64,000 nt of DNA, from NCBI GenBank assembly GCA_964106915.2, contig OZ066927.1; one strand, 5' to 3'. The first letter of the stretch is position 1, and each line of letters begins with the position of its first letter. A program made the position numbers and the translations under genes. The notes under the pieces are model-generated. The model was not told the DNA's origin. It saw only the letters and a program-made list of their open reading frames with translations, and ran no database searches. The stretch comes from Podarcis gaigeae (taxonomy: Eukaryota). Below are positions 24,101 to 36,100 of the stretch, piece after piece.

Positions 24101-27100
24101 CAGGGCAGGTTTGCCTAGCACCATTGTTGCATATCCTTAAGTGCTATGCAAAAACATACCTTTTTAATCATTTTTAACTCCCAGTGGCCTTTTTGTGTTG
24201 GTGAGATGTTTTAATGTAGAGGGTTATTTTCCAATGCTGGTTTTAATGTATCTATGTGTTTGGTTTTTTGCTTAAAATATTCTAACTCGCTTTGAGTTGC
24301 TGTGGCAAAAAAAATGACTAATAAACTTCATAGATAATAATAAAAGAAAACCCTTTTTTACTTAGACTTTTGGATTCCCTTTTTCTAATGGACCAAAATT
24401 TCTTCCCACATTGTTTTGTCTACTAAAACTGCACACTATTCCTTGGTGCTTAAAAGTCAGGTGGAATGTAATTTTATTGAGGCGACAACTCCTTTAAACA
24501 ATGGTTTTTGCAACTCCACTGGAATTCTGTAGATAGAAATTGATTTCTCTTATAAAATGATATGCATGGATTCTGATTTTTTGTTTATGTGACAGAACTT
24601 GTAAAGTTAATAGATTATATATAGCAACATACCTACTGAGAAGGAGAAATGTCGTTTAAAACATGTCGTTAGGAACAAAGTCTAGGACTTGAAATATCAG
24701 AAATGCTATAGAAATGCATATAAAAGAAAGCAGAAGAGGTGAATAAGTTCCCCTTCATTCTGTAATAGTTGATTTCAGCTAAAGACAGGTGTTCTTCCTA
24801 ATTCAGCTAGGTGCTGCTAAGGAATCAGAGTTTTGCACAGGTATCCTAGTTGGACAACTAACTGAATAACAAAAACAAAACAAGAAGCACTATCCCGCTC
24901 AGTTGCTTGGGAGTTGAAAGTCTGGCAGTGTGAGGGGTATCACCAGATTGAATCAAGAAAACCAAAGCAAAACCTTAATAGCTTAATTTACCCAATTCAT
25001 TATACGCAAAATAGCTCCTAGTCAGAAGTGACTTCTGATTTCCCTAGTGATTTCCTTGAACACAGAAGACACGCTCACATTGAAAACCAGCAGTGGCATC
25101 TGAGGAAGAACTATTCTGCTTGAAAAACATCAGGCACAAACCTGTTTGAGATGTGGTTTGTTAACAAGTAAACTGCTTTTTCAGCACCTTGGGTTCACCT
25201 CTAATTGAGGAGGTATGGGAGTGAATGCTTACAAATAACTGAAGCAGTATAAAGTTAGCTAAGAAGAGGATTTGCTGTGGGCGCTAGGTAGTATGCCACT
25301 TGTGAAAGTATATATGTTCCAAGAAAGGCTCTTGGAATATGGGGGCGGGGGGACAAAGTATTCAGGTTTTGTCCACACATCTTGCTTGGGAGCAATATGA
25401 CTGGAAAATACCATTTTGATTTCTCTTTTATTAGTGCTTGGATTAAAGTGGAGCAGCTGAAGCCTTATCATGCCCACAAAGAGGAAATGATCAAAATTAA
25501 CAAAGGCAAGAGGTTCCAGCAAGCTGTAGATGCTGTGGAAGAATTCCTCAAAAAAGGCAAAGGCAAGGACCAGGTGAGTGTCCTTTCACTTAGTTTTGCC
25601 TCCTGACACTGTTCCCTGGAATAATGAATGAAATGCTTCCGTTTTTACTTCATTGCCAGGTAGGTGTGACAGACTATGTCTCAAGAATTATACTATGGAA
25701 CAGTGAAGTTGTAAAGCAGTTAAGTTTCACAATTCTGTCACCTCTCTGACTTCCTTAAAGTGAAGAATGACAAAAGGATCGGCTGGATCTCCTTACAGCG
25801 TTGGAATGTGTTTACTATGCACTCTGAAGTTAGAACTTTTTTTTCCCCTTATAAAGTAGGTGTCTGCCTAGAACACACAGCCGTGCTTTGCCTCTCCTTG
25901 TCTGTTCTAAATAGTTGCTTGAAACTGCTAAAACCCTGAGTTCAGGGTCCTTGGCATTCTTCAGATATCTGGCAAAACTCATGTTTGGATTTTGTGAGTT
26001 TGGGGACAACAAAATCCATGCCAGCTCTTGCCCCTTCTTTTCCTCATCCTCTCTGTTCTGTAATCTCTCAGGCTTCTCATAACTCCACCGAAGAGAAGAA
26101 TCGGCGGAATTCGAGTGAAGAGAGGGGCAAGCAGTCAGTGGGAGAAGAGAAACACAAAGCCAATTTGTCTGAAGGGAAGCCGAAGAAGAGGGTGTCTTCC
26201 GTTTCTTCAGAGCGAGGCTCAAAATCCCCTCTGAAGAGAACATATGAGCAAAGCCCCCGGAAGCGAGGGCGCCCCCCTAAAGATGAGAAGGTTTGTGTTT
26301 TGCATCTCCTCCCATGCTCTGTGAGCTTGTCCAGATGGAATGTAACCTTAACAGCCAACCAGATGACTTCATTGTTGTGGCCATTTGAAAAGTTGCATGT
26401 GTTAACTGTTCAAAGGTCCACCAGGCAATTCCTTTATTCCTCAGCCATAATCATTTATATTAGTTGGCTCTTCCAAAGTGCTCAGCTTTAGAAGTTTCAT
26501 GGAGTGGCTCCTCCCTGGGAAATCCAACGAGATAACACCATTTTTCCATCTTGTGCACGCTAACCAAGGAAACAGAGCACAATTTCACCGTCAGTAGTGG
26601 TATGTGTTAACATCTCCATCTCATTTGTACGTTTGGTCAGATGACAGCCCTTTCCATCTCATCCTTTCTCCGGTGCAGTCAGGCTGGAAAAGAGCCAGTT
26701 GCCTTGATAGATGAGCACGAAGAAAGCTTCTAGAAGTGGATTACGTAGCCAGAAGACATCCGTTTCTATGCATTCCTAATTCTTTGCCAGCCTTTGATTG
26801 CTCACCCCCCATTGTGGTCTGTCCCATCCTTGGACACTTGACAGATGTTCACTAGCGGAACGTGGCCACCTCTATCTATTCAAGAAAGTTGGAATCTCCT
26901 GGCGGTTGATGTTACCTACTTCAATTCTTACCAGTTGAATGGATTATTATAATGCTAATGCTCCACGAGGCTGAATCTGAATGCCACTAAGAAGCATAAG
27001 ACAGGATTACTAATCAGCTAAGATTTAGTAGAATTGCATTCCACTCATTTTCAGTTGAATGGTACAAAGTGCTTCCCTCTTTCTCGCTGCCATCTTTTAT

Positions 27101-30100
27101 TAGGTCACAGTTGTGACTCTCATCTTTACTAGTTTGAGGTTTAGATTCCTGCAGTCTGGGAAAACCATTATTGATACTTTATTGGTTACTGACCAGATCC
27201 CTGCGTTTAGATGTGATGAACTGCTTGCAAGTAGGATTTTCCCTGAGATTTTATTTTAGGTTATACATTTCCAAAACAGTTGGCTTGAGGGTGTGCATAT
27301 TTGCTAACTTGTTCTTTTGGAGAGTGTATCAGTACAGTGGAAACTCGAGTTGCAAATATGATCCGTGTGGGAGGCACATTTGCAACCTGCAGCACCACCT
27401 CTGCACACACGCACGACGCGATTCAGCCCTTCTGTGTATGCGCAAAATGCGGTTTTGGTGTTTCTGCTCGTGCGTGAGCACCGAAATCCGGAAGTAACTG
27501 TTACGGTACTTCCGGGTTTGGCGCGTCCGTAACTCGAAAACGCACAACCCACAGCGTTCGCAACCTGAGGTATGACTGTAGTAAATTTAGCCCTTTGAAT
27601 TTCAGAAGCATACTAAGTCACTGGCTGAATACCAGGTATGGGGGGTGTCCCTTTTTACATGGTTGATTGCAGAAAAGTTGGCAGTTATGCATGGATTTTC
27701 TGGCTGATGGAGAAGCAGCATCAAGAAGTTTGGAAAGAAAAGAGGCTACTGAAAGCAACAGACTTCTTGATGACGCTGCTCATTCAACAACCACTGCTGC
27801 ATACTCTCTTGCCCATTCTAGAATACTCAGTAATTTTTCAAAATATAATCATTAAAAGAGAGTGGGAGCCCAGTTCCAGTGGAGGACAGCCCTGCTTTTG
27901 TAAGAATGGCTGTTGGACCAGGCTTTGTATAGATAGCACTGGCTGTGGCAGTCCAAGTCATCTTGGCAACTGAAATGGTCCTGGTTTGTCACTGTTGTGG
28001 AATCTCACTCTGCTTAAAATCAAAAGGGATTGCAAGCTGCTGTAGAAGATGGCTAGAAAACATCTCACTGAGAGGTCTTTTAATCTGTGCACTAAATGGA
28101 CACTGGTTGGTTGGTTGGTTGGTTGGTTTGGCCTTTTACTTAAAATGTGGTGGAGCTGGGAGGTTTAATGTAGGAGAGTAGTAGAGTTATTGTTGTCACC
28201 GGATTCCAAAGATTGTGATGGGATAAAATGCTCCCTAGATTATGATGAGGCTATGGCAACTCCCTCTACACCTTCAGGTGGTTGTTGTAAAATAATTTAT
28301 ACCCACCTTTCAATCCCTACAGATGTCTTTCAAGGTGATAGCTCAATGGGTAGAACGTATGACGTATGAATATGATAATGTTTTGGTCCGTTGAAAAACC
28401 TAAAATTCTTAGCCAGATCATTTATTAAAATAGAAAGCAAAAAGTGGTGGTGCTTAGAAGACATGCAGTGAAAATTGGCCAAGATTCCAAAACCAGTAAA
28501 GATTTTGTCTTTTGTTCATCGCTTTCCTTCTCCCTCAACAGTAGATATAGATTAGAGTGTAATGTGCTTTTGGCACAATTCTTCATTCCAGAAATTGGGA
28601 CCCGTTAAGAAGAAACTAGGTTAGAGGTGAAGGGTGGGTTCTGTTTGAGTCAAGGAAAGGGATGCAAATTGATGTTCATATATATATAAATAACAAGAGG
28701 TTAATAATGGTAAAAGAGCAAGCTGAGATGTTCTCAGTACATTTCTCCATGACAATAATGGCAGAGGGAAATAAGATAAGATGAGGGAGTCCTTCTTGGA
28801 AATAAATGTCATCCTGGCTTGTGAAATTTACTGGATAGCATGTATTGAATCATTGTCATGTGCATTGATTATGTTACGTTCACGATGTTAAACACACCTA
28901 ATATGGTGTAAGTCTTAGTGAACCTGGGGGTGGGGTGGGGACTTGCTTCCAAGTTTACAATAGGATCTTGCTGCATGGATTATTGCTTGATTGCTTTGAG
29001 TCACCTTGAAGCTGCTAAAAGTCCTTGCTTATTTTGGTTAATTTGCTTTTATTGGATTTATTGTCCATTCCACCCACCCAAAGTTCCTAGATATAACAGA
29101 AATTAAATCAAATCAATAAATTAACCCATTTTTTAAAAATACTGTACGTTACCAGAATTCAAATTATCTTGGATCTCATTTAACACTACCCATTAAAAGC
29201 TGGCCCCAATAAATTATTACTTGCCCAACTTTCACCAAATACTATAAGCTCAGACCTTGGGAAAGAGAACATTTTTTATTGTAGAGTCAACACTTCTCTG
29301 TCCTCTGTGTATAGAATACAGATGGACCCTTCCTCACCATTCATTCCTTTCCTTTTTTGCACATGAGAGATGACACTCTCCTAACCAGCCCAGCCATTTG
29401 CTCCTAGCGCAAACCCCTTTCTTCCACTGAGAGTTTTTCATATGCCATTTTGCAAGCACGTTCCACTACTTGATTTTGGAAGTTGTATTCCTTTGTAAGA
29501 GCAACATTTTCCAAAGACTGATTGGGGATGTGGAAGAGGAAAATATGCTTCATTATATTTGTTACATATTCATTTAGCTGCTATTCAAATATCCTGCGCA
29601 CAGATTTTTGGGATTCTGTCCGTAAACTTTGTTCTTATTCAATCTCCTCCTTGCTTCACAGGATCTGACAATCCCTGAATCGAGCACAGTGAAGAGAATG
29701 ATGACTGGCACCATGGCTGGCTTTAAATGGCCACCGAGTGTAAGCGAGGTGATTTAATTCTTTGTCTTTTCCTCAGTGGAAAAAATTCTAGCATTTCTGC
29801 TGTTGTACGAAGCACAGAGGGGTGGATCACAGTAATCCTCTACTTTGCATACATCAGAGTTTCTTAATGGAAGGCTTGGTTCCCCAGATTTTGTGCAAGA
29901 GACCCTTTCCTTCCTTGCTCTTCCATTTCCAGTCCTCTCTGTGCATGACTTGCATCATGCGCCTTTTCCAGTTTCAAATACTCGCCTCTTGTATTACTTC
30001 ATCTCCTCTCTCTTACTGTCCCTATTCCTGTACCCATCTCTGCATTGCCCTGGTTACTGTCTGTTTCATATGGGCGAAGGGAAACAAGAGGAGGAGCCAT

Positions 30101-33100
30101 TGGGCTCGCTCTAACATAACACTAAACCATGGTTTAGCATGAACTGAAACAAACCTGAATAAAGCCTTGGACTCACCATCAGCCAAGAGAAGGATTTCTG
30201 CAGCATTTGCTTCCATTGAAACCTGGCTTATTATGTGCAAACCAGGCGTTGTGGTTTAAAGATGTTTTGGTCAGCTTCTGAGTAAACCAACTACTAACCA
30301 TGGATTATGAAGCTGGCTTGCTCAATTTAACCAAAGCTTGTTTTAAACCACAGTTATATTGTGATGACAAGTTAGATTTCAAATCTATAGAAGGCCTCCT
30401 GGTTGCATGGGAGAAGATGATTTGCTCTTGCTCATTCCAGCACATGTACATAGTACCAAACCATAGTTTACGGTTGCATACAAACCAGCCCACTGTAGAA
30501 GAGGTGTTACTTTTCCATGCATTGGTGCTCTTAAGTCGGGTCACCTGGTGCCATGGTGATGTCAGGTGATTGACAGTTGTGTAACCCTGTTTACCTATCA
30601 AAATGGTCTGGGTGTGTGTGTGTGAGGAGCTTGGGATCTGGTCATTCCTCATTGCTGACAACCCATTCTGCAGTCTTTCAGTCTTAAGATGACAATAGTA
30701 GTCTTCATCTAATAGCCTAGTTTAATTAGTCTAATAGCTATGCCTTAGCTTCTTAAAACATTTTAAAATTAAATGTATATAAATAATAAAAATATTTTTA
30801 TATAAGTTAATTCTTAGGATAGCTCTTTAAAATGGTTTAAATCACATACCATGAATTGTATTTAAAGGTCTCAGATTACTATTGCACGAGGCATGCCAGG
30901 CCTGAGAAGCAAGCTATAAGCATGTTCTTATATATGTTTACTCAAAAGTAAGGCCCATCAATTTCAGTAAGGCTCATTCCCTGTTTACTTACTTGTAAAG
31001 TGTTCTCTGAGAAACTCACTTTGGAAATACACAAAAAAGCTGTTACGTTATGAACATAGTGGCTGAAATGCAAAAATATATCTTGTGAACATGAACAAAT
31101 ATGTTCCTGTCTTTCATCACCAGGTGGTAATCATAAATATTTTCCATCTTTTGGGGGTTTGGGAAATGGGGATGAGACCCACAAAGTGAAGCAATGCAAA
31201 GCAAGACATCACTCTTCTCCTCCCCAGAAACACTAGCATGCTCAACTTCAAATTTCCTATCCTCTCCCACCCCTTAGACTCCAATGTTATGTAGTTATAG
31301 TAAAGAATGACCCCTCACACTACCAGGCAAAATCCCTGCAACACAGAAGTCATGCAGGTCTGTCCTAGAAAGAAAGGAGGAAAGAATCCAAAGGCAAACA
31401 CACATCATGTTCAGAATTTGCTTTTTGCATAGCTCAGTATGTTCATTGCTGCCTCTTTGATCTTTGAAATGCAATACTCATAAGCTAGGAGGTAAGGGAA
31501 GCTTAGCAGCACAGGTGATTGTCTGGGGCTCCAGGGCTACCACTTTACAGCCCTCTGGCAGCAGTGAGGAGGCAGCCAGCAGGACTTCCTATAAAGAATC
31601 CAGCAGTTGGCAAAGTTGGTAGGGCAGGGTTAGTCAATGTGGTGCCCTCCACTGTTGCTGAACTCCCATCAGCCCCAGCCAGCATAACCACTGGTGAGGG
31701 ATGAAGGGTGTTATAGTCTAGCAATGCCTTGAGGGGCGGGCACCACATGGGCTACTCCTTTACTAGGTCCAATAGCAGAGAGGGGATAGAACTCATGGAA
31801 TTGTTGGCTGATAGAAGTCTTGTCACGTGATTCTCCCTGCAATTTCCCCTCCCCTCCTACCCTTCATTGCTCAGTTCTGAGGGCCAAACTGCACAAAAAA
31901 TTAAATACATCTTTGCATTTGGCTTGCAGGGTTTTTAAATACAAATTTCCTTCCAAACCAAATTTTGTATATTTATCACAATTATTTGTATACCGGCCTT
32001 CATCCGAAGATCACAGGGTGGTTCACAACATAATATATATATAATATATAATAAAACAAAAACAAACCAGTAATCTCCCGCCTGCAAACACATTTAAACA
32101 GCCATAGAATGTTAAGCAGCCAAAGATGTGGTTATAGAGAAACATTTTTGCCTGGCATCTGCAGATAGGTAATGAAGGCATTCCACAAAACGGGAGCCAC
32201 CACAGGAAAGGCCCATTTTTTGCGTTTCCACCCTCTGGTCCTTTCCTGGAGGAAGCACACAAAGAAGGGCCTCAGAGGATGATCTCTGTATCTGGGCTGG
32301 TTCATATGGAAAGAGGCAGTGATGACGAACATCAAAACCTATTACACTGTTAATGCAATACTAATTGAATCTTGCCTTTCTCTTTGTTGTGTGACCATTG
32401 GTAGAAAATATAAGGAGGGGTAAGGATGATTAGATAACCAGTCAACACCAATTATTAGTTGAAGAGTTGATAGTGGCTGGTGCCAAGAGGCAGAAGATAA
32501 AAAAAAGTAGTCAAAGTAGTTTCTGAGATATCACCTTAGGTTTGATTTTTGGAGTTGGCAAACTGTGTCCCTCACCATTTAATATTTATCAGAAACATTT
32601 CACTTAAATTGATGATTTCCATCTAACATGAACATGCTCTTAGAATGGGTAGTACTTAACTGATTTATTTAAAGAAGTAATAAACCGCTCTTCAGACAAA
32701 AAAAAAAGGCTTCCTAAGTGACTTTTTTTTTTTAAAAAAAAAGATTTGAGAGCACAGACCTGTAGCAGAATTTTAAGCATGTTTACTCAAAAGTAAATTG
32801 TTTGCTGCTTAATAGTGTGCTTAGGATTGCAACTTAGAAACCAATACATTCAGATGAGTCCTGTTTTTAAAAGGAAAGTGCTTTTATGGGATATATCACA
32901 AGCTTAAATATATCCCAAGGAGTCATTTTCAAGCAGCCTCCCATAATGTTGCCATGGGTGGCTTTCACTGAAGAGGCTATTGTGTGTATTATGTCCTGGA
33001 AATTACTTTCCTTCTCCTGCCAATTCTTTCTGAGCTGAACTCCCCAGCCTGCCTCTCCTGGACTCTCTTAATTCCCACCTCTATTACCAAGCATAATGAT

Positions 33101-36100
33101 AACTTCTTGACACATCCTGTATTAGGTACATAGATAAAAACAAGACTCTTGCTAGTCTGTGGCAGACATCAAGGAGTCTCCTCAGAATTGAGAAAGTGAC
33201 GACCCATTAAAATGTGTGTGGAGGCTTTTCAGACTTGAAGTTTGGTTGCCTTGGTTTCTAAGTTTGCCTCTTTGCAATTGCAGCCTGTGAAAGATGGCGA
33301 CCCTCATTTCCATCACTTCCTGCTTAGCCAGACAGAGAAGGTGAGCAATAGGTTTGGCTGATGAGTTCATTGCTTGTGGCACTTAAGGAGTTGAAGTCTC
33401 TGTGCCAGGTTTCATTAGTTTTGCTTTGGCATTCATAAGTGAAAATGCCTTTAAAGCTGAGCCGTGTCATCCTCAGATTTCCTTGAGGAACAGCAGTTTT
33501 TTACTTGTACATATGGGACAGGTATGATTCCTGGAGCAGGTCACCAGAAGTTGCGCATAAGGCAGCTATAGGGAGATAACAGTCATTTATTTCACCCCAC
33601 ATGCATTTCATAAAGATTCTTCCATCCTAAGGGAGCATGGTTGGGGAGTAGGAAATAGGATGTTGCCTTATACTGAGCCAGATCATTGATCCATCTAGCT
33701 CAGTATCACCCTAAGCCTAGACTCTCCACTGACTGGCAGCTGCTCTCCAATGCTGGTGATTGAAACTGGGTCCTTCTGTATGCAAAGCAAGTGCTCTACC
33801 CACTGACCTGCAGCTGTTCTCCTGCAATAATTATTTACTTGGGTTTTGTTTGTTTTTTTGCCAGATCTCTCTAAGCTTGGTTCTTCACCTATGAGTTCAC
33901 AGTGTTATCTGGGATTGCCCTGGAGGGAAGGTGTTGAGCATAAGAACTGTTTTTCTCATACAGAAAGTAGGGTGGGGTGTCTCTGGCTTGATCATAATTA
34001 TTGTCTATTCATGCTGAGTATATAGGTCTACTTGCCCTGCAAGACAGCAAAAGAGTTTCCCCCAAAATTTGTTATTTTCCTTTTCCTCTCTATGCAGCCA
34101 GCTGTTTGCTACCAAGCCATCACAAAGAAGCTGAAGGTGTGTGAAGAGGTATAGCAGACTTCCTTTTTTACTTGCCTGCATTAAAGTTTTGAGACTGCCT
34201 GTTTCTGTAAAGTAAAATTATCTTTTATGGCTGTGTTTTTTCTACCCCTTAGGAAACAGGGTCCACGTCTATCCAGGCAGCCGACAGCACGGCTATCAAT
34301 GGCAGCATCACTCCCACAGACAAGAAGTAAGAACCTCCTTTTCTTTCATTTCCCTCTGATTCTGAAGGCTGCCGTGTCTGCCTGTTGGCTTAAGGAGCAC
34401 TTTGCAATATAACACATATGATACATATATGTAAACAGTTATAACAATTGCACATATAAAACATTTTAAAAAACCATAGTTATATGTGTAACAGCAGTTG
34501 AAAATAAGATCACATATGGAAAACTAATTCAGATTCAAAGCAGATATCAGTTGGGATAAATATTTTAGGATGCTTGTTAAAAGAGGAATGGCTGAGTGAG
34601 TTTGTGTTTTTATAAAAGTATTTCTGTGTTACCATATTATAAAATATAAGGGTGATGTACAACAAAACATAAAACACCATTAAAAACAATACAGAGAATC
34701 ACTAAAGTAACTGGCTAGTCTAAACATTAGAAATTTAAATAGCTGCAAAGGCCTTCCAGGATTAAAAAAAAAAGGGCTCCAAGAGATGCAAGAAAGTCAA
34801 AAGCAATGAGTTTCTTGAAGAAGAGCATGATCAAACTATGAGAAACAAAATTAGTAAGACTTCCTGGATATCGTAATGAGCCTGCCTGCTGATCCGATGA
34901 ATGCATTTTGAAAAATGAAAGTTGCTTTTATCACAACTCTAGGGTCGTTGCATGAATGTGCTGGGAGTTGCCCAGTCAATATGTGGGTGATAGCATTGTC
35001 CTGCAAGGCACGTCAGGTGGCCTAATCTGTTTAACCACCAACCCCAAACCACCAGACACATGGGCAGAGGCGGAAGCATTGTACCTTTCAAGAACTGCAC
35101 TCTGTGACACTTGTGTCCTCTGGCACTTCCTGTGCTTCCCCCTCTCTAGAGTGACAGGAGCTACAGTTGCACTTCCTGCCTCGCTCTCGGAAGCAATTTC
35201 CCTCCTGCTCCGATGCAGAACAGGCTGTGGCCTGTTTGTCGCTGGAGCTGTCTCGGAATGTCCGTTTTTCAGGCTTGCTGAAGGGAAACTTAATATATAA
35301 CAATGAAAGTATTCAGGTAAACCCTTTCCCCTTAGCAATTCGGAAGCAGACAATGCGTCCCTCTGGGTTGGGCTCTGTTAGTGTGAAAATGTCTTAGCAG
35401 TGGCTTGCCGCAAGCCTCTCAGGGTGGTTTAGTTAAGCATTGCAAGTGCTGCCAGCTGTGAACTGAACAGCAGACATACAGGAAGCTAAAATGTGTTAGC
35501 TTTATTAAGATCAGTTTTGAAACGACTTTGTTAATTGAGGAGGGAAACAGTCACTTGTACTCTTTGTAAGTTTCCAAGGGTAATTTGTCTTTGTTCCATT
35601 CTGGTATCCCTTGTTCTTGCCACTGCCTCTTTATAGTTTACTTAAAGTGCATGCAGGGTCCTCTCAACCAAAATTCTTCCAATACCCCCCTCCCCTCCTT
35701 ACTAATTTGGATAAGGAATGTTGCATGTTAGCAGTGGCTTTTCCTAAGCATGAAACCAGAGTGGCTGCTAACATGTGAACTGTAGCTTAAACAAGCACTT
35801 AATTCTCTTTAAGTGGCATGGCAGAAAGATTTACAAAAACATAAGTGACTTTTGATCTATGAGTTGTGCACCAGGATACCAAATGCTGTGTTGAGCCTTC
35901 TGAGGCAAACTAGCTAAGAGAGGGAGTTGCCCAGTCATTGCTGAACTGTACTCAAATTTAGACCTTGCACATGCAGACCCAAGACATTTTTCACTGCACC
36001 GTCCTAGTCTGTTTTGTGCTATCAATATGACTTTGTGCACCCAGTTCTTTGCCCTTCTAGGATGAGGTTCTCTTATCTTCCTGAGCAGAAAGTAATGTCT

